Below are positions 1 to 10,615 of a DNA stretch of 64,000 nucleotides, one piece after another. The stretch lies in assembly GCA_965232515.1 (NCBI GenBank), contig CBDDPY010000002.1:1120001-1184000 (forward strand), in the 5' to 3' direction. A model generated the notes under the pieces. The model was not told the DNA's origin, searched no databases, and saw only the letters and a list, made by a program, of their open reading frames with translations. Both the position numbers and the translations under genes were made by a program. Numbering within the stretch: position 1 is the first letter of the stretch; every line of letters starts with the position of its first letter. The stretch is from Alphaproteobacteria bacterium. GTDB lineage: Bacteria > Pseudomonadota > Alphaproteobacteria > GCA-2731375.

Positions 1-575
1 TTGAGCGCGCGATAGGCCTCGGTCAGGCCGAGATAGCAGAGCGTACGGAACCTGGCTCGGCTTTCCGGCTGCATCAGCGCATCGTCGGCCCAGGCCGGCG
101 GGTCGTAGCAATCGACGTCCTGCGGTATCACGTTGTAGTCGCCGCCCAGCACGAAACACTCCTCGTCCGCCAGCAGCGACTCGGCGCGCGCGATCAAATG
201 GTCCATCCAATCGAGCTTGTAGGTGAACTTCTCGGTGCCCGTGGGGTTGCCGTTCGGCAGATAGATCGAGGCCACGCGGACGGCATCGACCGTCGCCTCT
301 ATATACCGCGCCTGTTCGTCGGCCTCGTTGCCGGGCAACCCGGTGATCACGTCCTCGATCGGTCGTTTCGACAGGATGGCGACGCCGTTATAGGTTTTCT
401 GGCCGTGAACGGCGACGTTGTAGCCGAGATCCTCGACCGCCTCGCGCGGGAACCCGTCGTCCACCGTTTTGATTTCCTGCAGCAGCACGACATCGGGCGT
501 CGCCGTACCGAGCCAGTCGAGCAGGCGCGGCAGGCGCACCTTGATGGAGTTGACGTTCCAGGTGGCGATCTTCAT
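1..575 (-). CDS. xth: Exodeoxyribonuclease III (N-terminal part; runs off the window edge)
   Basis: Read directly on the minus strand from ATG at 575: MKIATWNVNSIKVRLPRLLDWL...PDVVLLQEIK...HGQKTYNGVAILSK, the ExoIII motifs. Not in the ORF track because there is no stop inside the window. Confidence 0.93.
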   Translation of the reverse strand, partial: MKIATWNVNSIKVRLPRLLDWLGTATPDVVLLQEIKTVDDGFPREAVEDLGYNVAVHGQKTYNGVAILSKRPIEDVITGLPGNEADEQARYIEATVDAVRVASIYLPNGNPTGTEKFTYKLDWMDHLIARAESLLADEECFVLGGDYNVIPQDVDCYDPPAWADDALMQPESRARFRTLCYLGLTEAYRAL

Positions 576-614
576 GGCCGCCATTCCGGCACAAGCCGCC
601 GAGCCGGGCAAGCG

Positions 615-640
615 AAAAGCCCGGCCGGAGCCGGGCTTTT
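615..640. terminator. Bidirectional intrinsic terminator-like hairpin between erpA and xth
   Basis: AAAAGCCCGGC-CGGA-GCCGGGCTTTT, a perfect 11-bp stem with A and T tracts on either side. Confidence 0.7.
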
Positions 641-665
641 GCGACGACATCGGATTAGACGCTAC

Positions 666-1010
666 TCAAATCGAAAAGGAGGATCCGCAACCACAAGACG
701 ACGACGCGTTCGGATTCTTGATCGCGAACGCCGAGGCCATCAGGTCCTCGACATAGTCGATTTCGGATCCGGCGAGGTACATCATGGAAACCTCGTCGAT
801 CAGCACCTCAACGCCGTTCCGCTCGATCACGGTGTCATCGTCGTTCTGCTGATCGTCGAACTCGAACCCATAACTGAAGCCGGAGCAGCCGCCGCCCGAC
901 ACGGACACGCGCAGCCTGACACCAGGATTATTTTCCTGGGTGTGCAGAAACGCGATACGCTTGGCCGCGCTCTCGCTCAACGTGACGGGGGATGTCTCTG
1001 CTTGGCTCAT
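666..1010 (-). CDS. erpA: Iron-sulfur cluster insertion protein (HesB/IscA/ErpA family)
   Basis: GGGCSGFSY and C-terminal NPNASSSCGCGSSF motifs; typical position between xth and dgt. Confidence 0.92.
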   Translation of the reverse strand: MSQAETSPVTLSESAAKRIAFLHTQENNPGVRLRVSVSGGGCSGFSYGFEFDDQQNDDDTVIERNGVEVLIDEVSMMYLAGSEIDYVEDLMASAFAIKNPNASSSCGCGSSFSI

Positions 1011-1053
1011 TTGATCTCCGTTTCGTCGATTATAGCACGTCGAAACATGAAGG

Positions 1054-1082
1054 ATATGTAATCAACGCATGCGCGTTGTCAA
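1054..1082 (-). promoter_or_regulatory. Putative sigma70-type promoter for erpA
   Basis: Minus-strand TTGACA (1082-1077), 17 bp spacer, then ACATAT; the spacer contains the palindrome CAACGC-ATGC-GCGTTG. Confidence 0.4.
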
Positions 1083-1126
1083 ACGGGCTTTGTCAAAGCA
1101 GCCCGGTGCGGCTAGTGTCCGCGCAA

Positions 1127-2311
1127 ATGGTGTCCGACACCGATCTTGCCCCCTTCGCCTCCCGGCCCGAACAGAGCCGCGGCCGCCGCTTCGCCGAACC
1201 CGAAAGCGCCGGCCGGAGCGTGTTTCAGCGCGATCGCGACCGGATCATCCATTCGACGGCGTTCCGCCGGCTGCAATACAAGACCCAGGTGTTCGTTTAC
1301 CATGAGGGCGACCATTTCCGGACCCGGCTGACACACAGCCTGGAAGTCGCTCAGATCGCCCGATCGATCTGCCGGCGGCTGCATCTCAACGAAGACCTCG
1401 CGGAAGCGCTGGCGCTCGCCCACGACCTCGGTCATCCACCGTTCGGCCATGCCGGCGAAGACGCCCTGCAGCAGCGGATGTCGGCCTATGACGGCTTCGA
1501 CCATAACGCCCAGACGCTCCGAATCCTGACCCGCCTTGAACGCCGCTACGCCGATTTCGAGGGCTTGAACCTGACCTGGGAGACCCTGGAAGGCACGGTC
1601 AAGCACAACGGGCCGCTGATCGCCACGCCGGACGCCGCAACCCGATTGCCGGCGGCAATCACGGAGTATGCGGCCCAGCATGATTTGGAGCTGCACACAT
1701 TCGCCGGACCCGAGGCGCAGGTGGCAGCGCTCGCCGACGATATCGCCTACAACAACCACGATATCGACGACGGCCTGAGGGCCGGACTGTTCGAACTCGA
1801 GCAGTTGAAGGACGTGCCGTTGCTGGAGCCGGTCCTGGCCGAGGTCGCCAACCGCTACCCCGATCTCGGTCAGCGCGAGCGCATCGTGCACGAGGTCGTG
1901 CGGCGCCTGATCGGCTGCATGGTCGACGATCTAATTGCCGAATCGCGGAACCGGCTGGATGTCCTGAAGCCCGACAGTGTTGATGCTGTCCGTCATGCCG
2001 ACCGGCCGCTCGTGGCGTTCTCCGACGCCATGGCCGAGGCCGATAAAGCACTGAAAGCGTTCCTGAAAACGCACATGTATCGCCACTACCGTGTCAATCG
2101 CATGACAAGCAAGGCCCGGCGCGTTGTCTCCGAGCTGTTCAGGCTGTATATCGCCGAACCGTCATGTCTGCCGCCGGAATGGCAGGCGCGCACCGACGGA
2201 CCCAACGGTCCGCGCACGGCGCGCAGCGTCGCCGATTTCATCGCCGGCATGACCGACCGATTTGCCATGGAAGAGCATCGCCGGCTGTTCGACATCGAAA
2301 CCAGGACCTAG
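1127..2311 (+). CDS. dgt: Deoxyguanosinetriphosphate triphosphohydrolase (HD domain)
   Basis: FQRDRDRIIHSTAFRRLQYKTQVF, RTRLTHSLEV, HDLGHPPFGH, DFIAGMTDRFA. Start moved to ATG 1127. Confidence 0.93.
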   Translation: MVSDTDLAPFASRPEQSRGRRFAEPESAGRSVFQRDRDRIIHSTAFRRLQYKTQVFVYHEGDHFRTRLTHSLEVAQIARSICRRLHLNEDLAEALALAHDLGHPPFGHAGEDALQQRMSAYDGFDHNAQTLRILTRLERRYADFEGLNLTWETLEGTVKHNGPLIATPDAATRLPAAITEYAAQHDLELHTFAGPEAQVAALADDIAYNNHDIDDGLRAGLFELEQLKDVPLLEPVLAEVANRYPDLGQRERIVHEVVRRLIGCMVDDLIAESRNRLDVLKPDSVDAVRHADRPLVAFSDAMAEADKALKAFLKTHMYRHYRVNRMTSKARRVVSELFRLYIAEPSCLPPEWQARTDGPNGPRTARSVADFIAGMTDRFAMEEHRRLFDIETRT

Positions 2312-4069
2312 ATGAACGTCTTCAATCACTTCGAAGCGCTGGTTCGGGAGCGCATCGAATCTCTATCGGCGGACGGCACGTTGCCAGGCGGGCTCGACTG
2401 CCACAACGTCAAGGTCGAGCCGCCGCGCGACGCAAGCCACGGCGACCTGGCGGTCAATGCCGCCATGGTCCTGGCCAAGCAGGCGAAGATGCCGCCCCGC
2501 GCCATTGCCGAGCCTCTGGCGGCCGCGCTTGCCCAGCACCCGGACGTCGACGCGGCCGATATCGCCGGCCCCGGGTTCATCAACCTTGGCCTATCGCCCG
2601 ATTTCTGGCGCGGCCGGCTGATTGACGCACTGTTGGCCGGGACGGCCTATGGGGACTGCGACGTCGGCGCCGGCGAAAAGGTCAATGTCGAGTATGTCTC
2701 GGCCAATCCGACCGGTCCGTTGCATGTGGGACACCTGCGTGGCGCCGTGTTCGGCGACGCGCTGTCGACTCTGCTGCGCAAGGCCGGCTACGAGGTCTGC
2801 GAGGAATACTATATCAACGACGCCGGCGCTCAGGTCGACACGCTGGCGCGCTCCACCCATCTGCGCTACCGCAAGGCGCTGGGCGAGGACATCGGCCAGA
2901 TCCCCGAGGGCATGTATCCCGGCGACTATCTGAAGCCCGTCGGCGAGGCGCTGGCCGCACGCGACGGCGACCGCTGGCGGGATGCGGCCGAGGCGGACTG
3001 GCTGCCGGCGGTGCGCGAGTTCGCCATCGAAGCCATGATGCAGCAGGTGCGCGCGGACCTGACGGCGCTCGGCATCACGCAGGAGGTGTTCTATTCCGAG
3101 CGCTCGCTGCACGACACCGGCATGATCGACAAGGCGGTGGCCTCGCTCGACGACAAGGGCCTGATCTACACCGGCGTGCTGACACCACCGAAGGGCAAGA
3201 CGCCGGAGGACTGGGAGCCGCGGCCGCAAATGCTGTTCCGCGCGACCGAGTTCGGCGACGACGTCGACCGGCCGCTGCAGAAATCCGACGGCGCCTGGAC
3301 CTATTTCGCGGCCGATATCGCCTATCACTACGACAAGTACACCCGCGGCTATCGGCGCATGATCGATGTCTGGGGCGCCGATCACGGCGGCTATATCAAA
3401 CGCATGCAGGCGGCCGTGCGGGCGCTTGCCGGCGACGACGATGCCGATCTCGACGTGCGGCTGTGCCAGATCGTACGGGTGCTGCGGGACGGCGAGCCGG
3501 TGCGCATGTCGAAACGGGCGGGCGACTTCATCACCGTGCGCGATGTGCTGGACGAGGTCGGTCGCGATGTCGTTCGTTTCATGATGTTGACGCGCAAGAA
3601 CGACGCGCAGCTCGACTTTGACTTCGCCCGGGTCGAGGAGCAGTCGAAGGACAATCCGGTTTTCTATGTGCAGTACGCGCACGCCCGCATCCGGTCGGTG
3701 CTGCGCAATGTTGCCGAGACCCTGCCGGACATCGACACGACGCCGGAATCCCTGTCCCGCGCCGAGCTGTCGCGGCTGACCGATTCGACGGAATTGGACC
3801 TGATTAAGCGCATCGCGCATTGGCCGCGCACGGTCGAAGCCGCCGCCCAGGCCCACGAGCCGCACAGAATTGCCTTTTATCTCTATGACTTAGCGGCCGC
3901 GTTCCACGGCCTCTGGAACCGGGGGAATGAAGATCCGGGTTTACGCTTTATCATCGCGGACGACGAACGGCTGACGGCAGCACGTCTGGCGTTGATCCAG
4001 GGCGTTGCAACGGTAATTGCATCGGGCCTGTCGATCATGGGCGTCGAGCCGGCAGAGGAGATGCGCTAA
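2312..4069 (+). CDS. argS: Arginine--tRNA ligase
   Basis: [16 protein letters not shown] (HIGH motif), [14 protein letters not shown]. Confidence 0.97.
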   Translation: MNVFNHFEALVRERIESLSADGTLPGGLDCHNVKVEPPRDASHGDLAVNAAMVLAKQAKMPPRAIAEPLAAALAQHPDVDAADIAGPGFINLGLSPDFWRGRLIDALLAGTAYGDCDVGAGEKVNVEYVSANPTGPLHVGHLRGAVFGDALSTLLRKAGYEVCEEYYINDAGAQVDTLARSTHLRYRKALGEDIGQIPEGMYPGDYLKPVGEALAARDGDRWRDAAEADWLPAVREFAIEAMMQQVRADLTALGITQEVFYSERSLHDTGMIDKAVASLDDKGLIYTGVLTPPKGKTPEDWEPRPQMLFRATEFGDDVDRPLQKSDGAWTYFAADIAYHYDKYTRGYRRMIDVWGADHGGYIKRMQAAVRALAGDDDADLDVRLCQIVRVLRDGEPVRMSKRAGDFITVRDVLDEVGRDVVRFMMLTRKNDAQLDFDFARVEEQSKDNPVFYVQYAHARIRSVLRNVAETLPDIDTTPESLSRAELSRLTDSTELDLIKRIAHWPRTVEAAAQAHEPHRIAFYLYDLAAAFHGLWNRGNEDPGLRFIIADDERLTAARLALIQGVATVIASGLSIMGVEPAEEMR

Positions 4070-5040
4070 TGCACAGCGACCCAGCCGATGCCAGACCGGC
4101 CCCGCCGCGGCAGGAGATCTACACGAAAAAGCCGGCCGCTTCGCGGCTGCCGGTAATCGCGCTCATCGCCGTCGGCGCCGTGATCGCCTTCGGCACCAGC
4201 ATCTGGTACGCCTATCAATACGGCGTCAATCAACAGGTGGCCGCCAATCCGCCGCTGATCAAGGCGGAGCCCGGGCCGACGAAACTAAAACCCGACGACC
4301 CCGGCGGTATGGCGGTGCCCGACCGTGACAAGCTGGTCTACGACCGGGTCACGGACAGTCCACCCGAACCGCGAACCGAACGCCTGCTGCCGCCGCCGGA
4401 CGAACCGATGGCGAAACCCGACGCGCCGCCACCACCGCCGGCCGTGGAGCAGGCGGCGAACGAACCCAAGACAGAAGCGGCCAAAGACGTCGCCGATGCG
4501 ACACCGCCGCCACCGCCGGCGCCGGCTGCCGAACCGGCGACCGAGGCGGCCGGTAAGGAGACATCCGGCCAGGAAGAGCTGCCGGCGAAAACCGTCGACA
4601 AGCTTGTCGCCGTCGCGCCGGCCGCGGCGCCGCCGCCACCGGCCTCCGAACCCAAGCCGGCGGCTCAGGCCGAACCGGCCAAGCCCGCGGCCGAACCGCC
4701 CAAGCAAGCCGCGGTCTCGCCACCGCCAAAGCCGCAGCCTGCCGCGAAGGCACCGTCAAAGCCGAAACCCGAGAAAGCCGCGGGAGCGGGATCGTACCGC
4801 GTGCAGCTTGCCTCGTTTCGAACCTCGAAGGCCGCGAACGACGCCTGGAGCAAGCTCAGGAAATCGAACATTTCGCTGCTGCGCGATCTGACGGCGCATG
4901 TGACCCGGGTCGAACTCGGTCAGAAGGGGACCTTCTATCGACTTCAAGCGGGATCGTTTGCCCAGGAGGGTCGCGCTCGTTCGATCTGCACCGAGCTGAA
5001 GGCCCGCCAAGTGGACTGCCTGGTTGTCCGGACAAACTAG
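4069..5040 (+). CDS. SPOR-domain membrane-anchored protein (FtsN-like)
   Basis: N-terminal TM helix, KLKPDDPGG motif, Pro/Ala-rich linker, C-terminal YRVQLASF...FYRLQAG...C..LK...C SPOR domain; conserved position after argS. Confidence 0.85.
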   Translation: MHSDPADARPAPPRQEIYTKKPAASRLPVIALIAVGAVIAFGTSIWYAYQYGVNQQVAANPPLIKAEPGPTKLKPDDPGGMAVPDRDKLVYDRVTDSPPEPRTERLLPPPDEPMAKPDAPPPPPAVEQAANEPKTEAAKDVADATPPPPPAPAAEPATEAAGKETSGQEELPAKTVDKLVAVAPAAAPPPPASEPKPAAQAEPAKPAAEPPKQAAVSPPPKPQPAAKAPSKPKPEKAAGAGSYRVQLASFRTSKAANDAWSKLRKSNISLLRDLTAHVTRVELGQKGTFYRLQAGSFAQEGRARSICTELKARQVDCLVVRTN

Positions 5041-6061
5041 CGCCGCGCCGGCCGCGGTCATTTTCGGTTGCGCCGGCCCAGAGCTATCCGCTGACGAGGC
5101 CCAGTTCTTCGGCGACGTCGATCCGCTGGGCTTCATTCTCTTTGCACGCAATTGCGAAACGCCGGAACAGATCAGAACACTGACATCGGCGTTACGCGCC
5201 ACGGTCGGGCGCGACGATGCGCCGATATTGATCGATCAGGAAGGTGGCCGGGTACAGCGTCTGAAACCGCCGACATGGCGCGCCGCGCCGGCCGCCGCAC
5301 GGTTTGGCGCCTTGGCGCGTATCGATATGAACGCGGCTGTCGAAGCCGCACGGCTAAATGCCCGATTGATCGCCGCCGACCTGCGCGATCTCGGCGTCAA
5401 CGTTGACTGCCTGCCGTGCCTCGACGTGCCGGCGCCGGACGGTCACGACATCATCGGCGATCGCGCCTTCGACAGCGATCCGAACCTGGTGGCGACGCTG
5501 GGACGGGCTGTCGCGGGCGGCCTGATCGCCGGCGGCGTGCTTCCGGTCGCGAAGCATATACCCGGTCATGGACGGGCCAGGGCCGACAGCCATCTCGAGC
5601 TGCCGGTCGTCGACACGCCGACCGCCGAACTCGAGGCCATCGATTTCGCACCGTTCCGCATGCTTGCCGATCTGCCCATCGGCATGACGGCGCACGTGGT
5701 CTATTCGGATATCGATCCCGACGCGCCGGCGACGATCTCGCGCAGGGTCGTCCAAGATATTATCCGGAGAAACATCGGCTTCGACGGCCTGTTGATGAGC
5801 GACGATCTGGGCATGCAGGCCCTTGCTGGCGACTACGCCGCCCGCACGTCTGCCTCGTTGGCGGCCGGGTGCGATGTGGTGCTGCACTGCAGCGGCGTCA
5901 TGTCCGAGATGGAACAGGTCGCCGCGGCCGTTCGCCCGCTCGATGCCGCCGGCCGGGAGCGGGCGGACCGGGCGTTGGCGGCATGTCGGCCGCCCGACGA
6001 TACCGACCCCGGCGAGGCGCTAGCCCGCGTTAACGAACTGCTTGCAGCGGTTGCGGTATAG
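5024..6061 (+). CDS. nagZ: Beta-N-acetylhexosaminidase (GH3)
   Basis: IDQEGGRVQRL, KHIPGHG and DSH catalytic motifs. Confidence 0.93.
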   Translation: MSGQTSAAPAAVIFGCAGPELSADEAQFFGDVDPLGFILFARNCETPEQIRTLTSALRATVGRDDAPILIDQEGGRVQRLKPPTWRAAPAAARFGALARIDMNAAVEAARLNARLIAADLRDLGVNVDCLPCLDVPAPDGHDIIGDRAFDSDPNLVATLGRAVAGGLIAGGVLPVAKHIPGHGRARADSHLELPVVDTPTAELEAIDFAPFRMLADLPIGMTAHVVYSDIDPDAPATISRRVVQDIIRRNIGFDGLLMSDDLGMQALAGDYAARTSASLAAGCDVVLHCSGVMSEMEQVAAAVRPLDAAGRERADRALAACRPPDDTDPGEALARVNELLAAVAV

Positions 6062-6114
6062 CCAGGGTATCGGGCTGGATGCCATTCACATAGACTCGCA
6101 ACGATTCGAATCCC

Positions 6115-6909
6115 ATGGAAACGCCCGCAGACAAGCCCGACGCCTTTGAGGACCCGACGCCCGATCGCATCGAGATCGGCGGTTTCGTGGTTGACCTCGA
6201 GGGCTATGAGGGACCGCTCGACTTGCTGCTGACCTTGGCGCGCCAGCAGAAGGTCGATCTGCGCAATCTGTCGATCCTGCAGCTGGCCGAGCAATATCTC
6301 GACTTTATCGGCGAGGCCCGGCGGATGCGGCTGGAAGTCGCCGCCGACTACCTGGTGATGGCGGCCTGGCTCGCCTACCTGAAATCCCGCCTGCTGCTGC
6401 CGGAGGCGGAAGGCGAGGCGGAGCCAACCGGCGAGGAGATGGCGGCGCGCCTGCAATTCCAGCTCGAGCGCCTGCAGGCCATGCGCGAGACCATCGACAA
6501 ACTGTTTGCCCGGCAGCGCCTTGGAATCGACGTGCTGCCACGCGGCATGCCGGAAGGCGTTCGTATCATTCGAAACTCGGTGATCGAGTGCTCGCTCTAT
6601 GAGCTCCTAAATGCCTATTCCAGCCAGGTGGGCCGGAGCAACGTCACCAATCTGCACCTGCGGCCGCCGGAAGCCTTCACCATGGAGCAGGCGCTGCGCC
6701 GGTTAAAGGCCGTTCTGGGCGAAATGCCGGATTGGGCCAGCCTGGAAGCCTTCCTGCCATCGGAAATGCAGACCGGCTTCCAGCGCCGCTCGGCCGTCGC
6801 TTCGACGCTGGCGGCCAGTCTCGAACTGGTTCGCGAAGGCCGATTGCAGGTGCGCCAAGCCCAGAACTTCGGGCCGATCTTCGTCAAAGGCGCCGTGGAA
6901 GAGAAATGA
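6115..6909 (+). CDS. scpA: Segregation and condensation protein A
   Basis: YEGPLDLLL, AADYLVMAAWLAYLKSRLLLP, C-terminal LASLELVREG. Confidence 0.93.
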   Translation: METPADKPDAFEDPTPDRIEIGGFVVDLEGYEGPLDLLLTLARQQKVDLRNLSILQLAEQYLDFIGEARRMRLEVAADYLVMAAWLAYLKSRLLLPEAEGEAEPTGEEMAARLQFQLERLQAMRETIDKLFARQRLGIDVLPRGMPEGVRIIRNSVIECSLYELLNAYSSQVGRSNVTNLHLRPPEAFTMEQALRRLKAVLGEMPDWASLEAFLPSEMQTGFQRRSAVASTLAASLELVREGRLQVRQAQNFGPIFVKGAVEEK

Positions 6910-7616
6910 CCGACGAGCAAAACGAAAGCGCGCAGCACCTCCGCATGTTGGAGGCCTTGCTGTTTGCGGCCACCGAGCCGTTGAACGAAGCGACGCTGAC
7001 GGCCCGCCTTCCGGATGGCGTCGACGTGCCAGCGCTGATCGCCGAACTGACCGCGCAATACGAAGACCGCGGCGTCAATCTCGCCGTGGTCGGCGGCAAA
7101 TGGCAGTTCCGTACGGCGCCCGATCTGCATTTCCTGCTGTCCGAGGAAAAACAGCAGACCCGCCGGCTGTCGCGGGCCGCGCTCGAGACACTGGCGATTA
7201 TCGCCTACCACCAGCCGATTACCCGTGCCGAGATCGAGGAGGTCCGCGGCGTCGGTCTCAGCAAGGGCACGCTCGATCTGCTGATGGAGGTCGGCTGGGT
7301 GCGCTTACGCGGCAGGCGCAGAACGCCGGGACGGCCGGTCACCTACGGAACCTCGGACGCGTTCATGGAACATTTTGGCCTGGAGAGCCTGAAGGATCTG
7401 CCTGGCATCGAGGAGCTGAAGGCCGCCGGCCTGCTGGACAGCACGCCGCCGCCGAACTTCAAGCTGGCCAACATCGGCGGCACCGATAATCATGACGAGC
7501 TCGACGAGGACGAAGAACTCGACGACGCCGAAGCCATGGCCGACGACACCGCCGAAACGGCCGATCTCGACGCCGGCGGCGAGCCGGAAGAAACCTCATC
7601 TCCCGGTGTCGGCTGA
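6906..7616 (+). CDS. scpB: SMC-Scp complex subunit ScpB
   Basis: LEALLFA, LSRAALETLAIIAYHQPITRAEIEEVRGV, GRPVTYGT; ATG 6906 overlaps the scpA stop (ATGA). Confidence 0.93.
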   Translation: MTDEQNESAQHLRMLEALLFAATEPLNEATLTARLPDGVDVPALIAELTAQYEDRGVNLAVVGGKWQFRTAPDLHFLLSEEKQQTRRLSRAALETLAIIAYHQPITRAEIEEVRGVGLSKGTLDLLMEVGWVRLRGRRRTPGRPVTYGTSDAFMEHFGLESLKDLPGIEELKAAGLLDSTPPPNFKLANIGGTDNHDELDEDEELDDAEAMADDTAETADLDAGGEPEETSSPGVG

Positions 7617-7694
7617 ACGACAGCAGCGCGACGAAATGTTGCATTGACCTTGCGCTTCGGCAGCACGCCCTATAGTTAGAGTTTTTTGGGCCAC

Positions 7695-7709
7695 TGCGAA
7701 TGACTCGCA
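7695..7709. promoter_or_regulatory. Fur-alpha-type iron box upstream of the ABC ATPase
   Basis: TGCGAAT-G-ACTCGCA, a 7-1-7 inverted repeat with one mismatch, about 50 bp before the ATG and just downstream of TATAGT (7671-7676). Confidence 0.65.
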
Positions 7710-7761
7710 ATCAAGTCGGGACGGAACCCGGCGGGCGCTGCGGCGAGGCGAACTACAACAA

Positions 7762-8820
7762 ATGGACGAACGGTCGGGCAGACTGACGATTGAGGCCGTG
7801 AGCCATGCCTTCGACGGCCTTACCGTCGTCGACAGCGTCAGTCTCGAGGTCGGCGCCGGCGAATTGGTCTGCCTGCTGGGGCCGTCCGGCTGCGGCAAAA
7901 CTACATTGCTCCGGGTCGCGGCGGGACTGGAGCCGTTGCAGCAGGGCTGCGTGCGGATCGCCGACCGGATCGTTGCCGACCCGGATACCTGGATCCCGCC
8001 CGAGGAACGTGGCGTCGGCATGGTATTCCAGGATTACGCGCTGTTTCCGCACATGACCGTGGCTGAAAACGTGGAATTCGGCCTCAGCGGTCGAAAGCCG
8101 GCCGACCGGCGGGCGACAGCGCTGGACTACCTGCGGCGCCTCGGCATGGCGGATTATGCCGGAACTTATCCGCATACGCTCTCGGGCGGGGAGCAGCAGC
8201 GCGTGGCGCTGGCCAGGGCGTTGGCGCCGCGGCCGGCGGTGATGCTGATGGACGAGCCGTTCTCCGGCCTCGATATCCGTCTGCGCGACGCGGTACGGGA
8301 CGAGTCGCTGGCGCTGCTCCGGGAAGAGGGATCGGCAACCCTGCTCGTCACCCATGATCCCGAGGAAGCCATGCGGATGGCGGACCGGATCGCCGTGATG
8401 CGGGGCGGGCGGATCGTCCAGCAAGGAACGCCGGCCCAGATCTATCGTCAACCGGCCGATCCCTTCATTGCCGAATTTTTCGGCGATATCAATAAATTAA
8501 CAGGAATTGTTGACGATAAAGGCGAAGTAAAAACCCACCTTGGATCTATTCCCGCCGGAAGTTTTCCGTCGGGCGCGCCGGTCGACGTGCTGATCCGGCC
8601 GGAGGCCGTCCGCCTGAATGGCCGTGCCGAGGGCGCCAGCGCCACCGTTCAATGCGCCCGTCCGATGGGGCCGTTTGGCTTGGTGGATGTGCGGCTGGCG
8701 GAGAACGATTGTGTTTTGACCTCGCGCGTCGCCGGGATCGATTTGCCGCAATGCGGCGATGCCGTGGGGATAACCTTGAATCCCGCATTAACCTTTGTAT
8801 TTGCCAGATCGGCGTCTTAG
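7762..8820 (+). CDS. ABC transporter ATP-binding protein, FbpC/PotA-like
   Basis: Walker A GPSGCGKT, LSGGEQQR signature, MLMDEPFS Walker B, TOBE-like C-terminus. Confidence 0.88.
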   Translation: MDERSGRLTIEAVSHAFDGLTVVDSVSLEVGAGELVCLLGPSGCGKTTLLRVAAGLEPLQQGCVRIADRIVADPDTWIPPEERGVGMVFQDYALFPHMTVAENVEFGLSGRKPADRRATALDYLRRLGMADYAGTYPHTLSGGEQQRVALARALAPRPAVMLMDEPFSGLDIRLRDAVRDESLALLREEGSATLLVTHDPEEAMRMADRIAVMRGGRIVQQGTPAQIYRQPADPFIAEFFGDINKLTGIVDDKGEVKTHLGSIPAGSFPSGAPVDVLIRPEAVRLNGRAEGASATVQCARPMGPFGLVDVRLAENDCVLTSRVAGIDLPQCGDAVGITLNPALTFVFARSAS

Positions 8821-8934
8821 ATCTGTTCCACATAAGGAGCGGCTGGCGCGCGCCGCCTTAATTGCGCGGAAATGGCCTTTCTGCCATGATGCGGCCAGGT
8901 TCCGGGCGCCGCCCAGACATCAGGAGTTTTAACC

Positions 8935-9147
8935 ATGACACCCAGTTTCTGGCAGATTGCGATCGTTCTGATACTGGTCGTCCTGCTGTTCGGTCGCGGC
9001 AAGATTTCCGCGATGATGGGCGACGTTGCCAAGGGCATCAAGAGCTTCAAGAAGGGCATGCAGGAAGACGACACGGTGGACACCGCCGCGACGCGCGATG
9101 CCATCGACGACAAGGCCGTTCAGAAGGACGAGGCGGCGAAGGGCTGA
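8935..9147 (+). CDS. tatA: Twin-arginine translocase subunit TatA
   Basis: TM helix followed by [24 protein letters not shown]. Confidence 0.93.
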   Translation: MTPSFWQIAIVLILVVLLFGRGKISAMMGDVAKGIKSFKKGMQEDDTVDTAATRDAIDDKAVQKDEAAKG

Positions 9148-9192
9148 CATTGACCGCCGGGGCAAGGCGGCGCACGGGCGGATCGGGCCCAC

Positions 9193-9702
9193 ATGATTGA
9201 CATCGGTTGGAGCGAAATGCTGATAGTCGCCGTCGTGGCGATTATCGTGATCGGGCCGAAAGACCTGCCGAAAGCGCTGCGGACGGTCGGCCAATGGGTC
9301 GGCAAGGCGCGTGGCATGGCGCGTGAGTTCCGCAGCAGCATCGACGACATGGTGCGCGAGTCCGAGCTCCAGGAAATCCGCGAGCAGGCAAATTCGATCG
9401 CCGACTTCGACGTCAACAAGGCGATCGACGCGGCGAGCGATCCGAGCGGCACCAGCAGCGGCGTGTTCGACAAGCCAAGGTCCGCGACGCCGGCCGACGA
9501 TAACGATCGGGACGATGACGAACAGGACAAGGCGCCGACGAGCGCCGGCGAGTTTTACGCCAATCCCGAAAACGTGATGGCGCCGCCGCACTCGCTGACC
9601 CAGCCGGACGAAACGGCGCCGGCGACATCTGCCTCCGGCGAGGCGTCTGCCGCGTCAGACGATGATGACGGCGTGGCCGGGCAGCGAAAAACCGGTACCT
9701 AG
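9193..9702 (+). CDS. tatB: Twin-arginine translocase subunit TatB
   Basis: MIDIGWSEMLIVAVVAIIVIGPKDLP. Confidence 0.93.
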   Translation: MIDIGWSEMLIVAVVAIIVIGPKDLPKALRTVGQWVGKARGMAREFRSSIDDMVRESELQEIREQANSIADFDVNKAIDAASDPSGTSSGVFDKPRSATPADDNDRDDDEQDKAPTSAGEFYANPENVMAPPHSLTQPDETAPATSASGEASAASDDDDGVAGQRKTGT

Positions 9703-9705
9703 GCC

Positions 9706-10500
9706 GTGACCACGCAGGCGGAGGACGACTTCGACGATAAGAAAATGCCTTTGCTCGATCACCTCATCGAGCTTCGGCAACGGCTGCTGTATTCGATCGT
9801 CGCGTTGGTCGTCGCCTTTGTCGGCTGCTATTTCGTTGCGGAAGAGATCTACGCCTTTCTGGTCGACCCGCTGGCCGACATCTTCGGCGAACAGGAAGGC
9901 CGCCGGTTGATCTTTACCGGCCTGCACGAAGCGTTTTTCACCTATCTCAAGGTCGCGTTGTTCGGCGCGATCTGCATAACCTTCCCAATCCTGGCCGGCC
10001 AGCTCTGGGCCTTCATTGCGCCCGGCCTCTACAAGCACGAACGGCGGGCCTTCCTGCCGTTCCTGCTGGCGACGCCGGTTCTGTTCACAATGGGCGCGGC
10101 CTTGGTCTATTACCTGATCATGCCGCTGGCCTGGCGCTTCTTCCTGAGCTTCGAGACACCCGGCGGCGAGGGCATGCTGCCGATCCAGCTCGAGGCCAAG
10201 GTCAACGAGTATCTCAGCCTGGTGATGAAGCTGATCATCGCCTTCGGCCTGTCCTTCCAGCTCCCTGTCGCGCTCACGCTGATGGCGCGCGTCGGTCTGG
10301 TCACGTCGGATGGCCTGAAGTCGAAACGCAAATACGCGATCGTCATCACGTTCCTGGTCGCGGCCTTCCTGACGCCGCCCGACCTGATCAGCCAGATCGG
10401 CCTCGGCCTGCCGATCCTGCTGCTCTACGAAATCTCCATCCTCTGCGCCCGCATGGTCGAGCGCAAACGCGCGGAAGCCGACGCCGAAGCGGAAGCCTAG
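9706..10500 (+). CDS. tatC: Twin-arginine translocase subunit TatC
   Basis: [33 protein letters not shown]; multiple TM helices. Confidence 0.95.
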   Translation: MTTQAEDDFDDKKMPLLDHLIELRQRLLYSIVALVVAFVGCYFVAEEIYAFLVDPLADIFGEQEGRRLIFTGLHEAFFTYLKVALFGAICITFPILAGQLWAFIAPGLYKHERRAFLPFLLATPVLFTMGAALVYYLIMPLAWRFFLSFETPGGEGMLPIQLEAKVNEYLSLVMKLIIAFGLSFQLPVALTLMARVGLVTSDGLKSKRKYAIVITFLVAAFLTPPDLISQIGLGLPILLLYEISILCARMVERKRAEADAEAEA

Positions 10501-10615
10501 CTCAGTCTGTCACACGTGCTGGACGCCGCCGCCCGGTGCGGCGTATACAGGGGCCGCGGCGGCTTCCGGAGATTCCGGGGCCGCTTTCCGATCAGAACGG
10601 TGCAGACGGTTCGCG

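Noticed and set aside
198-1061. 287-aa plus-strand ORF
   Set aside because: Antisense shadow of xth and erpA, with no recognisable motifs.
4380-4790. Repetitive GCC/CCG-rich DNA
   Set aside because: Encodes the Pro/Ala linker of the SPOR protein; there is no fixed-unit repeat or CRISPR spacing.
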